From Candidatus Babelota bacterium (lineage in GTDB: Bacteria > Babelota > Babeliae > Babelales > Vermiphilaceae), in NCBI GenBank assembly GCA_049325595.1, contig JBMOLF010000007.1, forward strand, positions 47,999-111,998: a stretch of DNA of 64,000 nt. The letters run 5' to 3'. The number at the start of each line of letters is the position of its first letter. Position 1 is the stretch's first letter. The position numbers and the translations under genes were made by a program. Of this stretch, positions 30,103 to 39,660 are shown piece after piece. The notes beneath the pieces are model-generated. The model was not told the DNA's origin and did no database searches. It was given only the letters and a program-made list of their open reading frames with translations.

Positions 30103-30579
30103 ATGAGTTATGTATTAAAAATAGTAATCCTAGTATCAGGAATGGCGGCTTTCAACATAATTGCTATGAGTAAAAGCGATTTAATTAAATGTGCCGGTAA
30201 TAATAATGCCGAAGAATTAGATAGGTGGTTAACGCCCGAGATTGTTAATATGCGTGATGATGACTACGGATATAGTCTTTTAGCGTATGCTATCTCCGGT
30301 TGTTTTGAGAAAAAAAATATTAATGATTTTATTAAAACATTGGCTGTTTTTAAGAAAAATAATGTTGACTTTAATGCCCCGGTTAAATATGGGATATGGC
30401 TTATTCCTCCTCTTTTGTTTGCGGCCGGGTTGGGCGCCAATAACAATGATTTTAAACCCGTTGAAGCAATGATTGAAGCAGGTGCAAATCCACACACTAT
30501 AGATGGGGAAAATCGATTAATATTTGATAAATTAAGAGCATCATCAACTAAATATTCTGACCAAAACTCTCATTCTTAA
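30103..30579 (+). CDS. Secreted ankyrin-like paralog of 29053 (half length)
   Basis: TPE..D..G.SL..AISG.FE.K..DF.KT..FKK.N..NAP..GANP aligns by eye with the N-half of 29053. Confidence 0.75.
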   Translation: MSYVLKIVILVSGMAAFNIIAMSKSDLIKCAGNNNAEELDRWLTPEIVNMRDDDYGYSLLAYAISGCFEKKNINDFIKTLAVFKKNNVDFNAPVKYGIWLIPPLLFAAGLGANNNDFKPVEAMIEAGANPHTIDGENRLIFDKLRASSTKYSDQNSHS

Positions 30580-30668
30580 TTGTGTAAAATAATAATTTTC
30601 AGCAAATCTAACAGTTTATTGCAAAAACTACCTTTTTTATTTTTCAATAAATCAAAAAGGATAGTTAA

Positions 30669-31049
30669 ATGATACATAAAATTACATTGTCTGTTTTATT
30701 GATGCTAGGAGCATCGATCTACGGTTTTGAAATAACGGTAATTAATAAAACAGGATTTGATATTGAAGTATCGCGTATAATGCCCCCTTTGCAGGCTAAA
30801 GACCAACATGGTAAACCAATAAAAATTATTGGCAAGACAAAAGTTCTTGCCGCAGATCAATCAGTGAAGTTGTATGCTAAAAATCATGGGTTGGCTGATT
30901 TAAGCGTGCAAGGAATTTATAAAGGACGAAAAGTTGGCCCCCAATCGTTAATTCGTTCTGCCTCAAAGACCGGGTTTACTGGTAATCAAGCAATTGAAGT
31001 TTATTTTAGCGATAAGCTACAAAAATTTTATTACAAGAAAATAGGATAA
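30669..31049 (+). CDS. Secreted hypothetical beta-rich protein
   Basis: Signal peptide then ITVINKTGFDIEV; AAAGGA RBS. Confidence 0.7.
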   Translation: MIHKITLSVLLMLGASIYGFEITVINKTGFDIEVSRIMPPLQAKDQHGKPIKIIGKTKVLAADQSVKLYAKNHGLADLSVQGIYKGRKVGPQSLIRSASKTGFTGNQAIEVYFSDKLQKFYYKKIG

Positions 31050-31063
31050 ATAATAGTTGTTTT

Positions 31064-31528
31064 TTATATGTCCTTAAAGATTTGGTTATAAATAGCTTCA
31101 ATAGAATTATTTTTTGGTTTATTTTGTTTAGCTAATATTGCTTCTGCTGCGCCTTTATATAGCTGTTTTAATTTATCTTGACCATTAACTTCTATGAAAG
31201 CTTTGATCGAAGGATATCCAGCTTTTTCACACACGTCTTCAATTGCAGAATTGATTTGTTGTTCTAGTTGTGCTCTTTGATACGATTGCGAGTAATGTTG
31301 TTGGATGTTATCAAAAATATTTTCTACGCAAGGCTGGATTAAATCAAAGCATTGTTCGTGAGCACCATACGTATTACTTCCGAGCCATGGAACTTCTATA
31401 TTTTCTTGTCGACAAATGCCGCATTTACTTTTCAGAACATTTATTTTTTCAACAACTTTTATTTCTTTATATAAACCATATGAATGAAATGACACAAAAC
31501 TTGCAAAAATTAATATATATTTTTTCAT
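31064..31528 (-). CDS. Secreted hypothetical protein with CxxC..HxxC motif
   Basis: Signal peptide; CGIC-x17-HEQC. Confidence 0.65.
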   Translation of the reverse strand: MKKYILIFASFVSFHSYGLYKEIKVVEKINVLKSKCGICRQENIEVPWLGSNTYGAHEQCFDLIQPCVENIFDNIQQHYSQSYQRAQLEQQINSAIEDVCEKAGYPSIKAFIEVNGQDKLKQLYKGAAEAILAKQNKPKNNSIEAIYNQIFKDI

Positions 31529-31651
31529 AATAAGCCTTTTACTCTAATCTTAGGTGTTGCCTGTAATTGCCCAGAGCAATATTTTTTACTTGCTTAAGAC
31601 CATGCAGTTTTAAATATCTTTTTACCAAGCAGTTTTTTTTCGATTACAGTG

Positions 31652-34246
31652 TTATAACTGCCCAAGCCAATCTTTTAACAAGTTTTTCAATTCTCCATCA
31701 GATTTGGTTGTGCCGCCTTGATACAATATATTTGAACCACCACCAGTGACACCTGCTCTTTCTTTCAACCATGTACCTAAATTTTTCAAATTCAAGCGTG
31801 TTGTTAAAGTAGGGGAAATAGTTGCAAAGAATATATGGCGATCACCTGCAATGCTTGTTATGAAGTAAAAGCCAGGCTTTTTGCTTGCTAAGGTTTGTGC
31901 AAGCTCTTTTAACTCATCATGCGCAGCATCTTTTATATTAACAAATAAGAATGGTATTTCATTTACCGATTCAACCTGTTCAAGCCATTGAGGTATAAGC
32001 GCATTAATCGATTGTTTTTTTAATTGTTTAACTTCTTGTTGAAGTTTTTTTACCAATTCTTTTTGTTTGTTGACCGCTTCAAGCACTTCGTTATGCTGTA
32101 CCTTGTACTCTTGGCTTAGGTTTTTAACCGTATTAAAGGTTTGCTGGAATAATTCAATAGCCCGTGGACCAGTTACAGCGGTAATACGACGATGTCCTGC
32201 CGAAAGGGCACTAACATCGGTTATTTTGAAGGCGCCAATGTCTCCTGTGCGGTTAACATGGGTGCCACCGCATAATTCTACCGAGAAATCAGCAACTTTT
32301 ACCATACGAACTTCTTCAGGGTTATATTTGTCACCAAAGAAAGCAAGTGCTCCGTGGCTTAAAGCATCTTTTAGATTTGTGTGTTTTACGGCAACTTCGA
32401 TATTTTCACGTATTTTTTGATTTACTAAATCTTCAACACGCGCAATATCTGCCGGATTTAAATTTTCATGGTAGGTAAAGTCAAAACGAAGATAATCAGG
32501 GTGTACTAATGAACCTGATTGCTTAATTTGCTTGCCAAACAGTTCAATTAATGCTGCTTGCAGTAAGTGAGTTGCGGTATGGTTTTTCATCGCATTAGTA
32601 CGCCATGTTTTATCAACAATGCTTACCACTGGCATGCCAACAGTAATCACATCTGGAGCTTGTATAAGTGCAGCAATTGCTTTACCAATAAAGCGTACCG
32701 ATTTTATTGGAATTTTATTGTAATTAATTATCAACCAACCTTGATCTGGCACTTGTCCACCACCAACGATGAAGAATGGTGATTTTTCCGTGATAACCCA
32801 ACACTCATCGCCTTTGCTTACTGTTTGTGCTAGTTGATTATCTTTAATAAGAGCAGTGATTGTGGAAGCAGTTTCAAGTTCTTGATAACCAGTAAATTGC
32901 GTAGTTTGTTCAAGCTCTAAACTGCTTAATTCATCTTCTTTTTTAGCGCCAGATTGCTCTTGCTGATGTTTCATGTGCTCTTCAAAGCCAGCAGAGTCTA
33001 CATTAAAGCCTTTTTCGTTGGCCATAAGGTGAATAAGTTCGATAGGAAAGCCATAAGTATCATACAGTTTAAATGCTTGCTCACCGGTAATAATTTTGGT
33101 TGCGGCACTTTCTTGGAAATATTTTTCTAAGATATGTTGGCCGCGTACTAAGTTTTGAGCAAATTTTTTAATTTCGCTATCTAAAATTTTGTAAATAAGT
33201 TCAGCATTTAGTTTAAGTTCTGGGTAAATATCGCCCAATTGGGTAACTACCGTTTTTGATAATTCTGGGAAGATATTTTCTTCAGTTAGTTTTTGTGCAA
33301 ACAATGCCGCACGACGGATGATTTTGCGCAATACATAACCACGCCCTTCATTAGAAGGAGCGCCACCATCAGCAATAATTAATGATGATGAGCGAATATG
33401 ATCAGCAAGGACATGAAAGGCTGCTTGTGTTTGTGCGTTTTGTTTTGCATATTCAATTTTAGTTAGTTGCTCGATGCGGGCAATGATAGGCATAAATAAA
33501 TCAGTTTGGTAAACCGAATCTTTATCTTGCACTACGGCGCAAAGACGCTCTAGACCCATTCCTGTATCAACCCCTGTTTGTTTAAGAGGCTTAAAACTGC
33601 CGTCAGTTTGTCGGTCAAATTGCATGAAAACAAGATTCCAAATTTCTAAAAAACGGTCGCAATCACATGCTGGGCCACATTTTTTTTCATCTTTACAGCC
33701 AAACTCAGGGCCACGATCGATATGAATTTCAGTACACGGGCCGCAAGGACCAGTATCCCCCATTGCCCAGAAGTTTTCAGCTTCGCCTAAACGGTGCATG
33801 CGCTCTTGAGGAATACCAATTTCTTTATGCCAAATGTCGTATGACTCATCATCAGTTTTGTAGACAGTAGCATGCAATTTTTCTATAGGAAGGTGCATTT
33901 CTTTAGTAATAAAGTCCCAGGCAAAGGCAATTGCATCTTTTTTAAAATAATCACCAAATGAAAAATTACCCATCATTTCAAAAAAAGTAAGGTGACGTTT
34001 GGTAAACCCAACGTTATCAAGATCATTATGCTTGCCACCGGCGCGTACACATTTTTGAATAGATACGGCACGCGTATAACTCCGCTTTTCTTGGCCTAAA
34101 AACACATCTTTAAACTGGTTCATTCCTGCATTGGCAAACAACAAGGTAGGGTCTTGTGCGGGTATTAGGGAAGAACTGGGTACTTTTTCATGACCGCGTT
34201 TGATAAAAAAATCAAAAAATTTTTGGCGTATCTGCAATGAATTCAT
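31652..34246 (-). CDS. alaS: Alanine--tRNA ligase
   Basis: DPTLLFANAGMNQFK, TFFEMMGNFSFGDYFK, GPCGPC, DTGMGLER, HTATHLL and ELCGGTH editing motifs. Confidence 0.98.
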   Translation of the reverse strand: MNSLQIRQKFFDFFIKRGHEKVPSSSLIPAQDPTLLFANAGMNQFKDVFLGQEKRSYTRAVSIQKCVRAGGKHNDLDNVGFTKRHLTFFEMMGNFSFGDYFKKDAIAFAWDFITKEMHLPIEKLHATVYKTDDESYDIWHKEIGIPQERMHRLGEAENFWAMGDTGPCGPCTEIHIDRGPEFGCKDEKKCGPACDCDRFLEIWNLVFMQFDRQTDGSFKPLKQTGVDTGMGLERLCAVVQDKDSVYQTDLFMPIIARIEQLTKIEYAKQNAQTQAAFHVLADHIRSSSLIIADGGAPSNEGRGYVLRKIIRRAALFAQKLTEENIFPELSKTVVTQLGDIYPELKLNAELIYKILDSEIKKFAQNLVRGQHILEKYFQESAATKIITGEQAFKLYDTYGFPIELIHLMANEKGFNVDSAGFEEHMKHQQEQSGAKKEDELSSLELEQTTQFTGYQELETASTITALIKDNQLAQTVSKGDECWVITEKSPFFIVGGGQVPDQGWLIINYNKIPIKSVRFIGKAIAALIQAPDVITVGMPVVSIVDKTWRTNAMKNHTATHLLQAALIELFGKQIKQSGSLVHPDYLRFDFTYHENLNPADIARVEDLVNQKIRENIEVAVKHTNLKDALSHGALAFFGDKYNPEEVRMVKVADFSVELCGGTHVNRTGDIGAFKITDVSALSAGHRRITAVTGPRAIELFQQTFNTVKNLSQEYKVQHNEVLEAVNKQKELVKKLQQEVKQLKKQSINALIPQWLEQVESVNEIPFLFVNIKDAAHDELKELAQTLASKKPGFYFITSIAGDRHIFFATISPTLTTRLNLKNLGTWLKERAGVTGGGSNILYQGGTTKSDGELKNLLKDWLGQL

Positions 34247-34344
34247 AGAATCTTTCCAGGTAAGAGAAAACTGCATATACTTATTTTAGCAAAAATGGCT
34301 ATTTTGCCAAAAAAACTATGGAATTGCCAACTAGGGTTAACGCT

Positions 34345-35406
34345 ATGAAAAATATAGTTTATGTAATTTTATCGCTTATTTGTTTTTCACCATTATTTTC
34401 AATGGAAAAAGATATTACTAAGAAAGAAATTTTAAAAAGTTTAAATAATCGCCATATTCCGCATCTTAAAACTTATTTTGCTTTAAGTAACCAAATTCCT
34501 CATAAATCTGATTCAAACAAATGGTTAATTGCAAAAAATAATAATGGATTATACGTAGCGTTGTTACCTAGCTCTGGGTACGAACAAGCTTTAGATATAC
34601 ACCATGCGTATGTTTTTCATTCAGATTTTGCTGGATGGTGGCGTAAAACACCAGATGAATTAAGAAAAAAATTTTTAGAGCACGTAGAGGATGCTACTAA
34701 AAATGGTTTTTTTGATTTGTTGTATAAACATAAAATTACTCGTCTTGAAAAATTAATGTGCGTGCATCCTGCATATGATGAATGGATAACAAGCACGTTC
34801 AACCAGGGAAACACGACTCAACTTAATCGTTATGCATATCAAAGAGACGATAAAAATAGATACGACAATGAAGGCGGTAAGCTAGTTGAGAGAAAATACC
34901 ATAGCGCTAATATTTTAAAATTTCTTTGCTACGATAAAAATTATTACCAAGGTGTTTTGCTTGGCCTTTGTGCAAAGCCTGAAAGTTCTTATGATTGTTC
35001 ATTAGTTCGATTAATTTTTGATTATGACCAGATTAATGAAGAAGAAATTATTCCGTTTAGTCGTTTTCAAGAGCGATTCTCTGATCGCAAGTTGGGTTTT
35101 TACTGTTTAATGCAGTCTAAACAAGAACCAGATTTATGCTTAGTGGTTACTAAAGAGCGTTGTTTTGAATTAAATCGAGCAGGAAAAGAAATGGTTACTA
35201 CTTTCTTGGTGAGTTTGAGCAAAAGAAAATGTTTAGCTGCTTTTGATGAGTTAGTAGAATTTGATGAAGAAGCTAACGATTATTTTTATAATCCTTTGCC
35301 AATGATTTCGCAAAAGCGAAAGTTGTCATTTAAAACAGGGGATGAAATGGTTAATTTAGTTACTAAAAAGTCTCAAAAAAACTGTCCTCGCTGTATAATT
35401 TTATAG
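34345..35406 (+). CDS. Secreted hypothetical protein ending in a CaaX box
   Basis: Signal peptide (LFS-MEK); C-terminus KKSQKNCPRCIIL*. Confidence 0.75.
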   Translation: MKNIVYVILSLICFSPLFSMEKDITKKEILKSLNNRHIPHLKTYFALSNQIPHKSDSNKWLIAKNNNGLYVALLPSSGYEQALDIHHAYVFHSDFAGWWRKTPDELRKKFLEHVEDATKNGFFDLLYKHKITRLEKLMCVHPAYDEWITSTFNQGNTTQLNRYAYQRDDKNRYDNEGGKLVERKYHSANILKFLCYDKNYYQGVLLGLCAKPESSYDCSLVRLIFDYDQINEEEIIPFSRFQERFSDRKLGFYCLMQSKQEPDLCLVVTKERCFELNRAGKEMVTTFLVSLSKRKCLAAFDELVEFDEEANDYFYNPLPMISQKRKLSFKTGDEMVNLVTKKSQKNCPRCIIL

Positions 35407-35441
35407 TTTGATAAACCAGAACAATAATTTTAGGAATCACC

Positions 35442-35756
35442 ATGAAAAAAATAATAGCAATGCTGATTTTATCTTTTATAGCAGTAAATAGTCAGGCAAA
35501 TCAAATATTTTACATCATAAAAGGTGAAGCACCTGTTTCTCAAACAGTGCGGGCAGTAGGTGTTGCCACCACATTGGGTGGTGTTGCTTGCGCGGTGCTT
35601 GCTCAACGTGATTTAGCGGCGGCATTATTGGTGGTTGCTGGAACTGGAATGATTATAGCATCGCCTTATTTAGATAAACGGTCTGATATTCAAAAAATTG
35701 TCGATGATGGGGTTTGTAAATTGCACAAGGTATTAAATCTTGACGCTCGGAGATAA
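35442..35756 (+). CDS. Small exported membrane protein
   Basis: Signal peptide plus two Gly/Ala-rich hydrophobic segments; AGGA RBS. Confidence 0.65.
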   Translation: MKKIIAMLILSFIAVNSQANQIFYIIKGEAPVSQTVRAVGVATTLGGVACAVLAQRDLAAALLVVAGTGMIIASPYLDKRSDIQKIVDDGVCKLHKVLNLDARR

Positions 35757-35778
35757 AAGGCCCTTTTAATAAGTTAAT

Positions 35779-35806
35779 AAAAAAGTCGGCTAAGGGCGGC
35801 TTTTTT
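35779..35806. terminator. Bidirectional terminator
   Basis: A6-GTCG-loop-CGGC-T6 between convergent genes. Confidence 0.6.
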
Positions 35807-36050
35807 ATTGTTTAGACGAAGCTTGCGAAACTACCAAGATTGAGCCTTCTAGGTCTACGCCATTTAAAGCTTCAATTGCTACGTGACCTTCATCATTGGC
35901 TGGCATTTCTATAAAAGCAAATCCTTTGAATTTGCCTGTATGCGGATCGGTAACAAAGTTTATTTTGGTTACCAATCCATATTGCTCAAAAAGTTTTTTT
36001 AAGTTTTTATCAGAGACGCTTGAAGCGATGTTTCCGACATAAATTATCAT
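35805..36050 (-). CDS. RRM RNA-binding protein (no Gly/Arg tail)
   Basis: RNP2 IYVGNI and RNP1 KGFAFIEM; AIEALNG. Confidence 0.92.
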   Translation of the reverse strand: MIIYVGNIASSVSDKNLKKLFEQYGLVTKINFVTDPHTGKFKGFAFIEMPANDEGHVAIEALNGVDLEGSILVVSQASSKQ

Positions 36051-36324
36051 TTTGAGCTCCTATTGGATTCATTATACTAACATCTTTAAGTATAAAAAGT
36101 GATTCTTGCAGAAATCAATAAATTTTCTATAAGAATTTTAAATAGCGGTTGATAGTTATTATAAAATGCAATAACTAAGCTGTGTATTTTCAATTTGTCT
36201 TAATTGTGTTGAGTTATATTCTGGGAATTTGTTATCTTTTAGGTGAAAGAAGAAACCATTGTTCGATATGTGAAAATTCAATGATTTAGTGAGATCGTAT
36301 TAACTGAGCGATAGTAAGTAGCTT

Positions 36325-36831
36325 ATGATTATTAATAATGCAAAATTTTTTATTATTATCTATGGACTTATATTTTTTTCATATAGTTATTCGATAAAAG
36401 AAGCATTACCATCCGAGTTTTATCCAAGAGCAAAGTTCATTAATAATACCAATAAGATGTTTCAAATTGCTCGGGTGAATCATATTTTTAATAGGATAGA
36501 AATTGTTTCTTATTTATATCCATTCCAAACAGTAACCATTCCTTTTAAAATAGATATACCAAGATTTGAAAAAATAAAAGACCTTCGCAAAAAAGAAGGT
36601 TACCTAGTTTTGCTTGATAATACACAAAAATTATATGCTCAGATATGGTTGAGTTATGCCGTAGAGGACGACTCAATTTTTATTGATAGTTATTTGGTGT
36701 ATAAAGCTAAAATGATTACAAAAGCTCAAATGGTAAAATCGATAAAAACCAAAATTCAACCAACTATAATAATAACATTAGAGCAAGATGACCAAGGGCT
36801 TTCTGCTGCGACATCTTTAAACATAGAATAA
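36325..36831 (+). CDS. Secreted hypothetical beta-rich protein
   Basis: Signal peptide; FINNT motif; C-terminal IIITLEQD like the two downstream paralogs. Confidence 0.65.
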   Translation: MIINNAKFFIIIYGLIFFSYSYSIKEALPSEFYPRAKFINNTNKMFQIARVNHIFNRIEIVSYLYPFQTVTIPFKIDIPRFEKIKDLRKKEGYLVLLDNTQKLYAQIWLSYAVEDDSIFIDSYLVYKAKMITKAQMVKSIKTKIQPTIIITLEQDDQGLSAATSLNIE

Positions 36832-36995
36832 AAACGATCACTCGTAATGGTCAAAACAAAGGATGCACACAGAAGACCAAAAACCCTTTATTCTATTGCT
36901 TTTTTTAATTAAAATAATTTAAAATAGACAATATAAAATATAGATTTTTTACTGTTCAAGAAACGAATTAAATAGCAGTTTTAAAAGGAATAAAT

Positions 36996-37469
36996 ATGAA
37001 GAGCAATTATTTTAAATTATTAGTCTTAACAGGTACATTAGTTAATTTTATTAATGCACAAGATGCTCAATTTACTGCAACAATTACCAACAATTTACCT
37101 TATACGATCAAGATCAATGATCGTAAATGGGAAGGTACGCTAGTTGAAATTGCTACTTTGCAAACTGGACAAACAACTAATCTAAGCGATTTAAGTACCT
37201 ATACTCAGTCTACCTCTTCACAAAGTAACCTTATAATTACCAAAGATGGTACTGATATAGCAGAGATTATTTTGTTAAAACAATTTGGTTATGAAAATCA
37301 TAAACCTGCAGTTATTGTATCTTTGGTGCCATTTCCTCATTGGATTGGCGGCAGTAAATTTATTAGAGAAGAGCTTGATCAAGACACCAATGTTTTTAAT
37401 GTTCAGATAGATTTAAAACAAGATAAAGAAGAAACATTAGAGCCAACTAAAATTAGTGTTAATTATTGA
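36996..37469 (+). CDS. Secreted hypothetical beta-rich protein
   Basis: Signal peptide; TITNNLPY, ATLQ.G.T, I.LKQD.E shared with 37548. Confidence 0.75.
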   Translation: MKSNYFKLLVLTGTLVNFINAQDAQFTATITNNLPYTIKINDRKWEGTLVEIATLQTGQTTNLSDLSTYTQSTSSQSNLIITKDGTDIAEIILLKQFGYENHKPAVIVSLVPFPHWIGGSKFIREELDQDTNVFNVQIDLKQDKEETLEPTKISVNY

Positions 37470-37547
37470 TAATAGGCTAAAAAGTCAATTAATAATTACG
37501 TTTTTATTTACGTTTTTATTGATTTTTTTTTAAAAAGGAGAATTCAC

Positions 37548-38027
37548 ATGAAATTATATGCAAAAGTGGCCTTAGGCATGTCCTTAGTAGGTTCTTTTAT
37601 TTTTACATCACCTACAGTAAAAATAACAATCACTAATAATTTACCTTACGCGGTGATTATTAAAGAGCCAAAATGGGAATCAACTGGTATGTTAACAAGA
37701 GATTATAAAACGGTGGCAACCTTGCAACAGGGAAAAACTTCAGAACTAATTATACCTTCAATAAATCATGGGCGAGCAGTTTTAGAAATCTTTAAAGATA
37801 ATGATGAGCTAATATCGAACATTACTTTCTTGCAACAACAAATAAATGCTCAAAACAATCGTGTTAACGTATGGGTAACTGATTCTCGTCTTGCAGGTAG
37901 TGAAAGTGTCTGGTGGAATGAAGAAGTGAGTTCTAATATTAAGAACTTTGATATAAGAATAAATTTAAAACAAGATGAAAAGGAATTTTTGAATCGTTCT
38001 TCTGAACTTAGTGTTGACTATAAATAA
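37548..38027 (+). CDS. Secreted hypothetical protein, paralog of 36996
   Basis: Signal peptide; TITNNLPY, KWE, ATLQQG, INLKQD, SVDY; AAGGAG RBS. Confidence 0.75.
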   Translation: MKLYAKVALGMSLVGSFIFTSPTVKITITNNLPYAVIIKEPKWESTGMLTRDYKTVATLQQGKTSELIIPSINHGRAVLEIFKDNDELISNITFLQQQINAQNNRVNVWVTDSRLAGSESVWWNEEVSSNIKNFDIRINLKQDEKEFLNRSSELSVDYK

Positions 38028-38042
38028 GAAATGCTAAAAGTG

Positions 38043-38073
38043 AAAAAGGCCGTCGGTTAAGACGGCCTTTTTT
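38043..38073. terminator. Bidirectional terminator
   Basis: A5-GGCCGTC-loop-GACGGCC-T6 between convergent genes. Confidence 0.85.
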
Positions 38074-38089
38074 AGTAGCGATTCAAATT

Positions 38090-38425
38090 TTAGTAGCGGT
38101 TAAAACGAGGGGTGCGTGGAGCAGAGCCGAAATCTCTTCTTCCGCCATTTCCGCCTTGACGGAAACCACCTTGTGGTCTATTTTCGCGAGGGCGTGCTTC
38201 GCTTACTACTAGCTCTTGTCCTTCAAAATTCATGCCATTTAATGCAGAAATTGCAGCTTGTGCATCATCCATTTCTGGCATGTCAACAAATGCAAAACCT
38301 TTAAATTCACCAGTGAATTTGTCTTTGATCATTTTAACCGAAGTTACTTGACCATATTGTTCAAAAAGTTCTTTTAATTTATTTTCATTAACTGAACGTG
38401 AAATACGTCCTACATAGATATTCAT
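38090..38425 (-). CDS. RRM RNA-binding protein with Gly/Arg tail
   Basis: MNIYVG, DKFTGEFKGFAFVDM, AISALNG, VSEARPR, GGFRQGG tail. Confidence 0.95.
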   Translation of the reverse strand: MNIYVGRISRSVNENKLKELFEQYGQVTSVKMIKDKFTGEFKGFAFVDMPEMDDAQAAISALNGMNFEGQELVVSEARPRENRPQGGFRQGGNGGRRDFGSAPRTPRFNRY

Positions 38426-38688
38426 TTATAATTCACTCGAATATAAAAATTTAAGATATAATTAGTATAACCAGCCATTTTAGGGTGCTTTTAAATTCCC
38501 TCGCTACTAAGATTTTAATTAACTTAAATACTAGTATAGAACCTCTTATGAAGAATGTCTATCTAATCCTATCTTGCTTCTTGATATATTCAAATAGAAA
38601 TTTATAAAACTGAAATAAAAAAATTGTCATCGCATAACCTAAATCGTATACTTAATAATACGATATCAAAATAGAATAATGTGAGGAA

Positions 38689-39660
38689 TTGGCCATGAAT
38701 ATAAGGCTAGTGATCTGGGTTAGTATTTTTTTATTTATTCCTAGTTGTATTAAGCAAAATCATAGGCCAATTAAAAAATCTATCACCATACCAACTGTTT
38801 TGTCCAAAAATTTTAATACCTCAATTGATATACAAAGTACCGAGCAAAAAGATACTGCTCCCACTGTAACAGTCTGGATTCATGGAACGCGATTATTGCC
38901 ACGTCTTTTTTTTGAAAACTTTTTCCATAGTACACACGGGTTAACGCATTATACTGATCTTGATGAGCGTTATCATTTGCGTTTGATTGCAAATACTCTA
39001 ACTAATAGTTCTCCTACGGTATTTGAAAAAGATCATTTTTACATTTTTGGTTGGTCTGGGAAGTTAAGTTTTGAAGAACGAGAGGCTGCTGCTAAGCAAT
39101 TGTTTAAAGAATTACAAGCGCTTATAACAGCTTATACTAATCAAGGATTGCCGCGTCCTAAAATACGACTTATAACACATAGCCATGGCGGTAATGTGGC
39201 ACTTAATCTCCCTAAATTTAAAAATGAATTTGGAGAATTATATATAGATGAGTTAATTTTACTTGCTTGTCCTGTTCAAGCAAAAACAATGCATTTTTCC
39301 CATGATGCCATGTTTGTAAAAATTTACTCGTTGTATTCTCGTGGTGATTTGCTTCAAGTAATTGATCCACAAGGATTATATTCAAATCGTGACAATAACT
39401 GTTCATTATTTTCTGAGCGTTGTTTTCCACCCCATGAAAAAAATATACAAGTAAAGGTTAAATTTAATGGCCGCGCATTAATGCACACCGAGTTTATTTT
39501 GCCTCATTTTTTAAAGCATTTTGCCTATATTCTGCACGAAATTAACAGTTGGGATCAGGCATCAGCGCCAATTGTACGTGACTGGAACAATAGGCCTAAG
39601 CTTCTTAATATTTATACCAACGGTAAGCGACCGTTAACAAGTCGTAAAACTGCTTTGTAA
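38689..39660 (+). CDS. Lipoprotein, alpha/beta-hydrolase fold
   Basis: Lipobox-like IPSC; WIHGT oxyanion motif; THSHGG nucleophile elbow; YS..D; late His. Confidence 0.75.
   Translation: MAMNIRLVIWVSIFLFIPSCIKQNHRPIKKSITIPTVLSKNFNTSIDIQSTEQKDTAPTVTVWIHGTRLLPRLFFENFFHSTHGLTHYTDLDERYHLRLIANTLTNSSPTVFEKDHFYIFGWSGKLSFEEREAAAKQLFKELQALITAYTNQGLPRPKIRLITHSHGGNVALNLPKFKNEFGELYIDELILLACPVQAKTMHFSHDAMFVKIYSLYSRGDLLQVIDPQGLYSNRDNNCSLFSERCFPPHEKNIQVKVKFNGRALMHTEFILPHFLKHFAYILHEINSWDQASAPIVRDWNNRPKLLNIYTNGKRPLTSRKTAL

Noticed and set aside
945..33870. Short antisense or alternate-frame ORFs inside alsT, murE, hppA, MFS, secF, rho, P-ATPase, pth and alaS
   Set aside because: They lie within well-supported genes and show no recognisable motifs.
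37496..37520. 12-nt tandem repeat TTACGTTTTTAT x2
   Set aside because: Short AT-rich duplication with no further copies seen; likely slippage.
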